Shown here: piece by piece, positions 42,461 to 51,047 of the stretch | How positions within the stretch are numbered: the stretch's first letter is position 1 | Layout of the letters: each line of letters starts with the position of its first letter | Translations under genes and position numbers: made by a program | Notes under the pieces: generated by a model | The model's database searches: none | What the model saw: the letters and a program-made list of their open reading frames with translations, nothing else | What the model was told of the DNA's origin: nothing | Assembly (NCBI GenBank): GCA_034113365.1 | Contig: JAXEXP010000158.1 | Span: forward strand, 1,759 to 65,758 | Direction of reading: 5' to 3' | DNA length: 64,000 nucleotides | Origin: Candidatus Spyradocola sp. | Lineage (GTDB): Bacteria; Bacillota; Clostridia; Christensenellales; UBA1750

Positions 42461-44200
42461 TTACTCGACGTCCTGCAGAGCGTCGTAGCCCTCTTCGCCG
42501 GTGCGGACCTTGACGACGTTCTCCACGTCGTAGACGAAGATCTTGCCGTCGCCGATGTTGCCGGTGTAGAGCACCTTCTTGGCGGTCTCGATGACGGAGC
42601 GGACAGGCACCTTGCTCACCACGATGTCCACCTGCACCTTGGGCAGCAGGCTGGGCTCGATCTGGACGCCGCGGTAGTACTCGGTGGCGCCCTTCTGCAT
42701 GCCGCAGCCCAGCACGTGGGACACGGTCATGCCGGTGATGCCGATGTTCATCATGGCGTTCTTGAGCGACTCGAGGCGGGCCTCCTTGCAGAGGATCTCG
42801 ACCTTGGTCAGCTTCACGCCATCGGCGCGAACGGGGCTCTCGTAGGCGGGAACGGACTTGACCTCCACGGCCTCGGCGACGGGAACGGTGCCAGTGACCA
42901 TGACGGGGGCGTCGTCCATGATGTCCTCAGGCAGGGTGGCAAAGCCGGCGTAGGCGCTGGGCAGGCCGTGCTCGGTGGCATCCAGACCAGTGAGCTCCTC
43001 CTCGCGGGAGACGCGCAGGCCGACGATTGCCTTGATGACCAGGAAGGTGATGGTGATGGTGACGGCCGTCCAGGCGGCTACGGACAGCACGCCCAGCGCC
43101 TGCAGGCCCAGCTGCGTCAGGCCGCCGCCATAGAACAGGCCATTGAACTTGATGGCGCCGGACTCAAGCTGGCGGGCGAATGCGGGAGCGGTATCGGTGG
43201 CGAACAGGCCGACGGCCAGCGTGCCCCAGATGCCGTTGAATGCGTGGACGGCGACCGCGCCGACGGGGTCGTCGATGTGCAGCACATGATCGAGGAACCA
43301 GACGCCGAACACGACCAGCAGGCCGGCGACCGCGCCGATGACGGCGGCGCCCGCAGCGTCGGTCACGTCACAGCCGGCGGTGATGGCCACAAGGCCGGCC
43401 AGCGAGGCGTTAAGCGACATGGAGACATCGGGCTTGCCGTACTTGACCCAGGTAAAGATCATGGTGACGACGGTGGCGACGGCAGGCGCCACGGTGGTGG
43501 TCAGGAAGATGGAGCCCAGCTCCTCGACGGTCTGGGCGGCAGCACCGTTGAAGCCGTACCAGCCCAGCCACAGGATGAACACGCCCAGCGCGCCCAGCGC
43601 GAGGCTATGGCCGGGGAAGGCGTTGACCTTGACGACCTTGCCCTTTTCATCCTTCTTGAACTTGCCGATTCTCGGCCCAAGGATCTTGGCGCCGATCAGC
43701 GCGCTCAGGCCGCCGACCATGTGGATGGCGCAGGAGCCGGCAAAGTCGTGGAAGCCCAGCTCGGCCAGCCAGCCGCCGCCCCAGATCCAGTGCGCCTCGA
43801 TGGGGTAGATCAGCGCGGAGATGACCGCGGAGTAGATGCAGTAGGACAGGAACTTGGTGCGCTCGGCCATCGCGCCGGAGACGATGGTGGCGGTGGTGGC
43901 GCAGAACACAAGGTTGAACACGAAGTTCGACCAGTCGAAGTTCTCATAGGCGGTGAAGATGTCCAGGCCGGGCTTGCCGATGAAGCCGAACAGGTCCTCG
44001 CCCAGCAGCAGGCCGAAGCCGATGAGTACGAACACCACGGTACCGATGCAGAAGTCCATCAGGTTCTTCATGATGATATTGCCGGTGTTCTTGATCCGGG
44101 TGAAGCCCGCTTCGACCATCGCAAAGCCGGCCTGCATCCAGAACACGAGCGCCGCGCCGATCAGAAACCAGACGCTGAATACGATCGAATTCGCATCCAT
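42461..44200 (-). CDS. amt: Ammonium transporter (Amt) fused to a C-terminal P-II (GlnB/GlnK) domain
   Basis: 579 aa. The Amt core includes AGFAMVEAGF...AIHMVGG...AVHAFNGIWG. After a linker comes KVEILCKEARLESLKNAMMNIGITGMTVSHVLGCGMQKGATEYYRG...GDGKIFVYDV (P-II T-loop and B-loop). Confidence 0.9.
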   Translation of the reverse strand: MDANSIVFSVWFLIGAALVFWMQAGFAMVEAGFTRIKNTGNIIMKNLMDFCIGTVVFVLIGFGLLLGEDLFGFIGKPGLDIFTAYENFDWSNFVFNLVFCATTATIVSGAMAERTKFLSYCIYSAVISALIYPIEAHWIWGGGWLAELGFHDFAGSCAIHMVGGLSALIGAKILGPRIGKFKKDEKGKVVKVNAFPGHSLALGALGVFILWLGWYGFNGAAAQTVEELGSIFLTTTVAPAVATVVTMIFTWVKYGKPDVSMSLNASLAGLVAITAGCDVTDAAGAAVIGAVAGLLVVFGVWFLDHVLHIDDPVGAVAVHAFNGIWGTLAVGLFATDTAPAFARQLESGAIKFNGLFYGGGLTQLGLQALGVLSVAAWTAVTITITFLVIKAIVGLRVSREEELTGLDATEHGLPSAYAGFATLPEDIMDDAPVMVTGTVPVAEAVEVKSVPAYESPVRADGVKLTKVEILCKEARLESLKNAMMNIGITGMTVSHVLGCGMQKGATEYYRGVQIEPSLLPKVQVDIVVSKVPVRSVIETAKKVLYTGNIGDGKIFVYDVENVVKVRTGEEGYDALQDVE

Positions 44201-44240
44201 GAAAATCCATCCTTTCGTCTATCCATATATTGGGGTGGGT

Positions 44241-44311
44241 TATACAAAAAGGCGGGCAGGGCGTTCGCTTCCTTGAGCGGGGAAAGCAAATCGCCATGCA
44301 CGCCTTTGTGC
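44241..44311 (-). promoter_or_regulatory. Intergenic purF-amt attenuator: a hexaloop hairpin overlapping a long terminator
   Basis: Minus strand: GCAC-AAAGGC-GTGC (44311-44298). The terminator arms AAAGGCGTGCATGGC / GCCCTGCCCGCCTTT pair at 13 of 15 positions and are followed by TTTTGTAT. Confidence 0.45.
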
Positions 44312-44327
44312 CAAAGTGATGTGGGCG

Positions 44328-45740
44328 CTATTCAAACGCCGTTTTGTCTGCCTGCGTGGGCACGGGCCAGGGGTACTGGCCGGAGAAGCAGGCCTTGCAG
44401 AAGCCCAGTGCGCTGTCGCCCGCGATGGCCTCCACCTGGTCAAGGGGCAGGAAGCCCAGGCTGTCCGCGCCGATGCGGCTGCACAGCTCGTCGTGGGTGT
44501 AGAGCACGCTGGCCAGGTGGCTGCGGTCGTCGATGTCGGTGCCGTAGTAGCAGGGCCAGAGGAACTCGGGGGCGGAGATGCGGACGTGCACCTGCGCCGC
44601 GCCGGCCTTTTTGAGGAGCTCTACGATCTGGCGCATCGTGGTGCCGCGGACGATGGAGTCGTCCACCATCACCACGCGCTTGCCGCGCACGCTCTCCTTG
44701 AGCGGGGAGAGCTTGATGGACACGGCGCTTTCGCGGCCCGACTGCGTGGGCTGGATGAAGGTCCTGCCGATGTAGCGGTTCTTGACCAGGCCCTCGCCGT
44801 AGGGGATGCCGCTCTCCTGCGCAAAGCCGATGGCGGCCACCAGCCCGGAATCGGGCACGCCGATGACCAGATCGGCCTGCACGGGGTGGGTTCGCGCCAG
44901 TATCCTTCCGGCCTCGATGCGGGCGTTGTAGACGCTCTGTCCGTCGATGACGGAATCCGGCCGGGCAAAGTAGATGTGCTCGAATATGCACAGCGCGCAA
45001 TCCTTGCGTTCGCACTCGGGCGCCCAGCGAATGCTGCGCTGGCCCTGCTGCTCCACGACGAGCAGCTCTCCGGGAGCGAGGTCGCGCTCAAAGGTTGCGC
45101 CGATGGCGTCCAGCGCGCAGCTTTCGGAGGCGAAGAGCACGCTGTCCTCCAGCCTGCCCATGCACAGCGGGCGCATGCCCTTGCTGTCGCGGGCGGCGAT
45201 GAGCTTGCTGGGGCTCATCACCAGCAGGGAGAAGGAGCCCTCCAGCCGGGGGAGCACCCGGCGCACCGCTTCCTCGACGCTGGGGGTGTTCAGACGCTCC
45301 TTTGCGATGAGGAAGGCGATGACCTCGGTATCGGAGGTGCACTGGAAGATCGCGCCCTGCTGCTCCAGCTCCTTGCGCAGCACGGCTGCGTTGGAGATGT
45401 TGCCGTTGTGGGCGATGACCAGGCTGCCCTTGATGTAATCCACGCCCAGGGGCTGGATGTTGCGGCGGTTGTTGCCGCCGGTGGTGGAGTAGCGCACGTG
45501 TCCGATGGCGATGCCGCCCGGCATGCGGGAGAGCAGCGCCTCGTCGAACACCTCGTGCACCAGCCCCAGGTCCTTGTGAAGGTTGATCAGGTTATGGTCG
45601 TTGACTGCGATGCCGCAGGCCTCCTGGCCGCGGTGCTGCAGTGCGTAAAGCGCGTAGTAGACGGTCTTTGCGGTGTCGACGCTCTCTTCGTTGCGGTTGA
45701 AGATGCCGAACACGCCGCATTCTTCATGGATATGCTGCAC
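44328..45740 (-). CDS. purF: Amidophosphoribosyltransferase
   Basis: GTG start (RBS GGAGG). ...HEECGVFGIF (N-terminal nucleophile Cys) and the PRT motif VVMVDDSIVRGTT. Confidence 0.9.
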   Translation of the reverse strand: MQHIHEECGVFGIFNRNEESVDTAKTVYYALYALQHRGQEACGIAVNDHNLINLHKDLGLVHEVFDEALLSRMPGGIAIGHVRYSTTGGNNRRNIQPLGVDYIKGSLVIAHNGNISNAAVLRKELEQQGAIFQCTSDTEVIAFLIAKERLNTPSVEEAVRRVLPRLEGSFSLLVMSPSKLIAARDSKGMRPLCMGRLEDSVLFASESCALDAIGATFERDLAPGELLVVEQQGQRSIRWAPECERKDCALCIFEHIYFARPDSVIDGQSVYNARIEAGRILARTHPVQADLVIGVPDSGLVAAIGFAQESGIPYGEGLVKNRYIGRTFIQPTQSGRESAVSIKLSPLKESVRGKRVVMVDDSIVRGTTMRQIVELLKKAGAAQVHVRISAPEFLWPCYYGTDIDDRSHLASVLYTHDELCSRIGADSLGFLPLDQVEAIAGDSALGFCKACFSGQYPWPVPTQADKTAFE

Positions 45741-45755
45741 AGGCGCTGCCTCCGT

Positions 45756-47846
45756 TTACTGCACGCTGAACAGGATGTCGCCGTAGGTGGGGAAGGGCCA
45801 GTACTTCTTGGCCACGCACATCTCCAGCTCGTCGGCCACGGCGCGCAGCTCGTTCATCGCGGGGATGACGGCGTCGCGGTAGTAGACGGCCTCCTCGGGG
45901 GCGGAGGCGGCATGGGACTTGGCGCCGCACTCGGCCTTCTCCAGCGCGTCGATCTTCTCGGCGAGGCTGTCGGCCAGGCTGGAGATCTTGTCGCACAGCG
46001 CGGTCTCGGCCTTGGCGGTCAGGCCCAGCTCCTTCTTCTTGAGCATGGTATCGGTCAGCTCCGCGATGTTGGTCAGCGCGGCGGGGAGGATGTCCTTGCT
46101 CGCCATGTCCAGCATGGTCTGCGCCTCGATGTTGATGATCTTGGCGTAGTTCTCCATCAGGATCTCGTAGCGGCTCTTCATCTCGGTCTCGGTGAACACG
46201 CCGTGGCGGGAGAACATCGCGATGTTCTCGGGCTTGACGAAGTAGGGCAGCGCGTCGGGCGTGGTCTTGAGGTTGAGCAGGCCGCGCTTTTCGGCCTCGG
46301 TGACCCACTCGGCGGCGTAGTTGTCGCCGTTGAAGATGATGCGCTTGTGCTCGTGGATGGTGCGCTGCAGAAGCTGCGCCAGCGCGGTCTTGAAGTCCTC
46401 GGCCTTTTCAAGCTCGTCGGCAAAGAGCATCAGCTCGTCGGCCACGGCGGTGTTGAGCACGATGTTGGGGCCGGCGATGGAGAAGGTGGAGCCCAGGGAG
46501 CGGAACTCGAACTTGTTGCCGGTGAAGGCAAAGGGCGAGGTGCGGTTGCGGTCGGTGGTGTCCTTGGGGAAGTGGGGCAGCACCTTGACGCCGATCTCCA
46601 TCTCGGTCTTTTCCTTCTTGGTGTAGGAGGCGCCCTCCTCAATGGCCTCGAGGATGCCGGTCAGCTCGTCGCCCAGGAACATGGAGATGATGGCGGGCGG
46701 CGCTTCGTTGGCGCCGAGGCGGTGGTCGTTGCCCGCGGAGGCAACGGAGATGCGCAGCAGATCCTGATGCTCATCCACGGCCTTGATGACCGCGCACAGG
46801 AAGAGCAGGAACTGCGCGTTCTCGTACGGATCGGTGCCGGGCTCGAGCAGGTTCTTGCCGTCGTCCGTGGAGATGGACCAGTTGTTGTGCTTGCCCGAGC
46901 CGTTGACGCCGGCAAAGGGCTTCTCGTGCAGCAGGCACACCATGTCGTGGTGCGCGGCGACCTTCTTCATGGTCTCCATGGTCAGCTGGTTGTGGTCGGT
47001 GGCCACGTTGGTGGTGCCGAAGATGGGCGCCAGCTCGTGCTGCGCGGGGGCGACCTCGTTGTGCTTGGTCTTGGCCAGCACGCCCAGCTTCCACAGCTCC
47101 TCGTCCAGCTCCTTCATGTAGGCCGAGACGCGGGGCTTGACGGCGCCGAAGTAGTGGTCGTCCAGCTCCTGGCCCTTGGGGGGCTTGGCGCCGAACAGCG
47201 TGCGGCCGGTGTAGATCAGGTCGCGGCGCTTCTCGTAGACCGACTTGTCAATGAGGAAGTACTCCTGCTCGGGGCCGACGGTGGTGACCACGCGCTTGGA
47301 GGTGGTGTTGCCAAAGAGCTTGAGGATGCGCATCGCCTGGTTGCTCAGCTCCTCCATGGAGCGCAGCAGCGGGGTCTTTTTGTCCAGCACCTCGCCGGTG
47401 TAGGAGCAGAAGGCCGTGGGGATGCACAGGATGCCGTCCTTGATGAAGGCGTAGGAGGTGGGGTCCCAGGCGGTGTAGCCGCGGGCCTCAAAGGTGGCGC
47501 GCAGGCCGCCGCTGGGGAAGGAGGACGCGTCGGGCTCGCCCTTGATGAGCTCCTTGCCCGAGAACTCCATGATGACCTTGCCCTCGCCCGTGGGGCTGAT
47601 GAAGGAGTCGTGCTTCTCGGCCGTGATGCCGGTCATGGGCTGGAACCAGTGGGTAAAGTGCGTGACGCCCTTTTCGATGGCCCAGTCCTTCATGGCGTTG
47701 GCCACCACGTTGGCAACGGCGATGTCCAGGGTCTTGCCGTCCTGAATGGTCTTGCGCAGCGCCTTGTAGGTCTCCTTGGGCAGACGCTCGTGCATCACCG
47801 CATCGTTGAACACCATGCTGCCAAACAGCTCAGGTACGCTAGTCAT
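45756..47846 (-). CDS. glnN: Glutamine synthetase type III
   Basis: Start at ATG 47846 (RBS GAGGAGG). 696 aa. [30 protein letters not shown]...[12 protein letters not shown] is typical of type III GS. Confidence 0.9.
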   Translation of the reverse strand: MTSVPELFGSMVFNDAVMHERLPKETYKALRKTIQDGKTLDIAVANVVANAMKDWAIEKGVTHFTHWFQPMTGITAEKHDSFISPTGEGKVIMEFSGKELIKGEPDASSFPSGGLRATFEARGYTAWDPTSYAFIKDGILCIPTAFCSYTGEVLDKKTPLLRSMEELSNQAMRILKLFGNTTSKRVVTTVGPEQEYFLIDKSVYEKRRDLIYTGRTLFGAKPPKGQELDDHYFGAVKPRVSAYMKELDEELWKLGVLAKTKHNEVAPAQHELAPIFGTTNVATDHNQLTMETMKKVAAHHDMVCLLHEKPFAGVNGSGKHNNWSISTDDGKNLLEPGTDPYENAQFLLFLCAVIKAVDEHQDLLRISVASAGNDHRLGANEAPPAIISMFLGDELTGILEAIEEGASYTKKEKTEMEIGVKVLPHFPKDTTDRNRTSPFAFTGNKFEFRSLGSTFSIAGPNIVLNTAVADELMLFADELEKAEDFKTALAQLLQRTIHEHKRIIFNGDNYAAEWVTEAEKRGLLNLKTTPDALPYFVKPENIAMFSRHGVFTETEMKSRYEILMENYAKIINIEAQTMLDMASKDILPAALTNIAELTDTMLKKKELGLTAKAETALCDKISSLADSLAEKIDALEKAECGAKSHAASAPEEAVYYRDAVIPAMNELRAVADELEMCVAKKYWPFPTYGDILFSVQ

Positions 47847-47880
47847 ATCGCATTTCCTCCTCTTTCCACACAACAGTGCG

Positions 47881-47935
47881 ATAAAATGAAAAGACGCTGC
47901 GAGCCACTTTGCTTGGCTCACAGCGTCTTTGCTGT
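47881..47935 (-). promoter_or_regulatory. glnN leader: a hexaloop hairpin overlapping a strong intrinsic terminator
   Basis: Minus strand: ACAGC-AAAGAC-GCTGT (47935-47920). The terminator is AAGACGCTGTGAGCCA-AGCAAAG-TGGCTCGCAGCGTCTT (16 bp) + TTCATTTTAT. Confidence 0.55.
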
Positions 47936-47945
47936 CGATGGCGGA

Positions 47946-47974
47946 ATGATAACACCAAAGTTTTTTCCTGTCAA
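47946..47974 (-). promoter_or_regulatory. Putative glnN promoter
   Basis: Minus strand: TTGACA, 17-nt spacer, TATCAT. Confidence 0.5.
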
Positions 47975-48116
47975 CAGGTTTACACAATCTTAGCGTTCCG
48001 TCGTTAATTAATAAGATTTGTTGATTTTTCTATCGCAAAAACATTGATTTATAGTTAATTTCAGTGTATACTTAAGGTGCATACGAAATGCACAAAAGAA
48101 TAAAGGAGGTACTCAC

Positions 48117-48843
48117 ATGAAACGAATGACTTCTCTCATCCTCTCTCCTTCTTGTGCTTATGCCGTCCCTCCCCCTCACGACGTATGCTCAGACTATTCC
48201 TGCTAGCGCAACCGAAAACGTTGCATCCGTCACAAATTACGCACCCAGCCTTGACCATCAAGCTGCAGATCAGGCCGCGCTTGAGGGTGTGAATGAATTA
48301 AGCGCTAAGGCTAGGGAACTCGGGGTGCAAATCACGCCTTCCGCCCGTGTCATTGACACTGACACTTCGACGGTTCATCAGCTTGATTCTTACTCCGGCA
48401 CACAAATGCTGCAAAGAACGGAGTATACCGATCGCTCCGTTGACGAAACATATGTGACAACTGCAGCAACAACTTACTACGAAACCGGTTCTAAGTATGC
48501 CGGCGTAAACGTAACGATTTACGCACGAGTATATTGGACTCTGCATTACGACAGCTTGGGAGTTCCTAAAGTTAACTGTACTCATTCGGAGCACTGGGTT
48601 GTACAGTCTACAAATGCGGTGACGACGATGACCCTGTCCAACTACATCTGCACCACCTTCCCCGCTACATACGAAAATTCTCGCTATGTCAGCAGCCCGT
48701 CGAGCGGCACGCATTATTCCCTCAACAGTCCTTACACTGCTGACATTGCCTATCTGACCAAAACTGATGCACACTTCTGGGCTACTACAGAGGCATACAT
48801 TGATGGAAATTGCGTGGTTGTTGACATAAATCACAAGTTCTGA
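48117..48843 (+). pseudogene. Low-GC secreted protein gene with an apparent +1 frame disruption inside the signal peptide
   Basis: A strong RBS TAAAGGAGG precedes ATG 48117, which encodes MKRMTSLILS... This frame stops at 48204-48206. The long ORF (48154-48843) is in the +1 frame and continues as ...LLLVLMPSLPLTTYAQTIPASA. Joining the two gives a canonical signal peptide. The switch lies in the CT-rich tract 48141-48153. Confidence 0.55.
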
Positions 48844-48916
48844 TAACAACGACAGGACAGACTCTGTACTCCCATAGGGTTCGTTGATTGACCGCCCACT
48901 CATTAGGAGGATTTGC

Positions 48917-49711
48917 ATGTCTTTGAATCCAAATCGCCGCCGCGCGCTGTGTCAGGCCCTTGCCGGGCTCCTGCTGCTTCTGCTCTTTTTCGCCCAGGGA
49001 CCGCTGCTGCGCCTCCCGCTGGATCCGGCTCTGAGCAGCTTTGCATCCCGCCGCGCGCTCGTGCCGCCGCTTCTCTTTGATCTGGCCGTGGCGCTCTGCC
49101 TTGCGCTGAGCGGCATGATCGAACTGCCGCGCAAGCGGGATCTTGCCGAGCTCGCGCCTGCTTTGCTGTATCTGCTCCTGCTGCCTCTGCAGGAGATCCC
49201 GCTGCTGGGCGGCCCGTACGGCGGATCCTCCGGCGCGGCCGAGCCCCGTCTGGCGCTGACGCCCCTGTTCGGCGCGCTGGCCATGCTGTCGCTGCTGCGC
49301 TTTGGGTACGCCGCCGTCCGAGGCGCAGGGCGCTTCACCTTCTCGCCGCGCGCCTGCGCCGTTTGGGCGTCGCTCGCGGCCTGCGCGCTGTGCCTGCCCT
49401 CGCTCACTGCCTCTCTGCAGCCCGACGGATGGGTCCGCACCCTGTTTTGCGTGTGCCTCCTGCTGGCCGCCATGACGCTGCTGCCGCATGCGCAGGCTGC
49501 CAGTCTGCCGGGCTGCTGCGCGGCGCTCATCGCCGGGCTGGTTCCCCTGCTGCTCTCCATTCTGTCCTTTTACACGACGCTGCTGCAGGGCTCCATGTTG
49601 TATTCCCTGTGCGCGTTGTGTCTGACGCCTGCAGCGCTGCCGCTGTACGGGGCCGTCGCTCTGCTCGGGCTGAGCGGGGCGCTCTCCCGACTTCGCCGGC
49701 CAGCCGCCTAG
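48917..49711 (+). CDS. Polytopic membrane protein, unknown function
   Basis: Start at ATG 48917 (RBS TAGGAGG). Several L/A-rich hydrophobic segments. Confidence 0.6.
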   Translation: MSLNPNRRRALCQALAGLLLLLLFFAQGPLLRLPLDPALSSFASRRALVPPLLFDLAVALCLALSGMIELPRKRDLAELAPALLYLLLLPLQEIPLLGGPYGGSSGAAEPRLALTPLFGALAMLSLLRFGYAAVRGAGRFTFSPRACAVWASLAACALCLPSLTASLQPDGWVRTLFCVCLLLAAMTLLPHAQAASLPGCCAALIAGLVPLLLSILSFYTTLLQGSMLYSLCALCLTPAALPLYGAVALLGLSGALSRLRRPAA

Positions 49712-49818
49712 CCGCCTGCTTTTCCTCCGCACCGCATTTTGGGTCAGCTCCGCGCGTCCATCCTGCAAAAATTCCGTTTTGCGCCCAAAATGCACGGAAA
49801 CATAACATGAAAATACTC

Positions 49819-49847
49819 TTGACGGAACGCGCCGTAATGTGTATACT
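49819..49847 (+). promoter_or_regulatory. Putative promoter of the glutamate-synthase-like operon
   Basis: TTGACG, 17-nt spacer (ending in TGTG), TATACT. Confidence 0.5.
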
Positions 49848-49860
49848 TTCCCCATAATCA

Positions 49861-49940
49861 GGTGAACAAAGGGGTTCACCGGATGGGCTGCGGGCAAAAT
49901 GCCCCGCGGCCCTTCCGGTGGGCTCCTTTTCATTGTTTTC
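49861..49940 (+). promoter_or_regulatory. Leader attenuator: a hexaloop hairpin mutually exclusive with a compound terminator
   Basis: GGTGAAC-AAAGGG-GTTCACC (49861-80). The terminator base stem GGGGTTCACCGG (49871-82) / CCGGTGGGCTCC (49915-26) encloses GGGCTGCGGG...CCCGCGGCCC and is followed by TTTTCATTGTTTTC. The RBS follows directly. Confidence 0.55.
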
Positions 49941-49955
49941 AAGGAGGTTTTCGGT

Positions 49956-51047
49956 ATGCTCAAAGAGGGGCAGGTCAGGATCCCGGCGGGCTGCGCGATC
50001 TCGGGCGTGATCTCAAAGTCCGGCCAAGGGATCTGCGGCAGCGAGATCGTGCGCTCCATCGCCACCATGCACGACCGGAGCAACGGCCTGGGCGGCGGCT
50101 TTGCGGGCTACGGCATCTATCCGCAGTACAAGGACTACTACGCCTTCCACATCTTCTACAACGACACCGCTGCGCGCAAGGCCTGCGAGGACTTTCTGGA
50201 GGAGCACTTTGACATCGTGAACCTGTCCAAGATCCCCACGCGCAAGATCCCCTCCATCGTCAACGAGCCGCTGATCTGGCGCTACTTCGTGCGGCCGCTG
50301 CACACCAAGCTCGAGGCCTCGCAGCTGGACGAGAAGGAGTTCACCTCGCAGTGCGTCATCCGCATCAATTCCGGCATTGAGGGGGCGTTCGTGTTCTCCT
50401 CGGGCAAGAATATGGGCGTGTTCAAGGCGGTGGGCTACCCCGAGGACGTGGGCGAGTTCTACCGGCTGGACGAGTATGAGGGCTACTGCTGGACGGCGCA
50501 CGGACGCTATCCCACCAACACGCCCGGCTGGTGGGGCGGCGCGCATCCCTTCTCGCTGCTGGATCTGTCGGTGGTGCACAACGGCGAGATCAGCTCGTAT
50601 GACGCCAACCGCCGCTGGATCGAGATGTACGGCTACAAGTGCACGCTGCTGACCGATACCGAGGTCATCACCTACATTATAGACTTCCTGGTGCGCAAAA
50701 AGCAGCTGACCTACGAGGAGATGGCGTCGGTGATCGCCGCGCCCTTCTGGTCGGCCATCGACAAGTACCCCGAGGCGGAGCGCAAGCGTCTGACCTACCT
50801 GCGCTCCATGTTCTCCTCGCTGCTGATCACGGGACCGTTCTCCATACTGGTGGGCTTCACCGGCGGCCTGATGGCGCTCAACGACCGGCTCAAGCTGCGC
50901 TCCATGGTCATCGGCGAAAAGGGCGACCGCGTCTACATCGCCAGCGAGGAGTGCGCCATCCGCGTGCTGGAGCCCGAGCTGGACGCGCTCTGGTCCCCCA
51001 AGGGCGGGCAGCCCGTCATCATCCACAGCAAAGGCGGTGTTCAGTAA
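49956..51047 (+). CDS. Class II glutamine amidotransferase domain protein (glutamate synthase domain-1-like)
   Basis: Start at ATG 49956 (RBS AAGGAGG). ...HDRSNGLGGGFAGYG...WTAHGRYPTNTPGWWGGAHPF...VVHNGEISSY. Confidence 0.85.
   Translation: MLKEGQVRIPAGCAISGVISKSGQGICGSEIVRSIATMHDRSNGLGGGFAGYGIYPQYKDYYAFHIFYNDTAARKACEDFLEEHFDIVNLSKIPTRKIPSIVNEPLIWRYFVRPLHTKLEASQLDEKEFTSQCVIRINSGIEGAFVFSSGKNMGVFKAVGYPEDVGEFYRLDEYEGYCWTAHGRYPTNTPGWWGGAHPFSLLDLSVVHNGEISSYDANRRWIEMYGYKCTLLTDTEVITYIIDFLVRKKQLTYEEMASVIAAPFWSAIDKYPEAERKRLTYLRSMFSSLLITGPFSILVGFTGGLMALNDRLKLRSMVIGEKGDRVYIASEECAIRVLEPELDALWSPKGGQPVIIHSKGGVQ

Noticed and set aside
47955-47990. TnrA/GlnR box (TGTNAN7TNACA) at the glnN promoter
   Set aside because: TGTGTAAACCTGTTGACA and TGTAAACCTGTTGACA are off by one nucleotide in spacing from the 17-bp consensus, and the right half is simply the -35 TTGACA.
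44316-47993. A 1225-aa plus-strand ORF. Similar giants occur at 33154-35907, 50013-52637, 19658-21928, 23390-25444, 27668-29131, 36989-38410 and 56868-58595.
   Set aside because: All are shadow ORFs antisense to well-supported genes (purF/glnN, ubiD/ubiX, gltB-like and others). Their composition is G/A/R/V/H-rich as expected for high-GC antisense frames, and none has an RBS.
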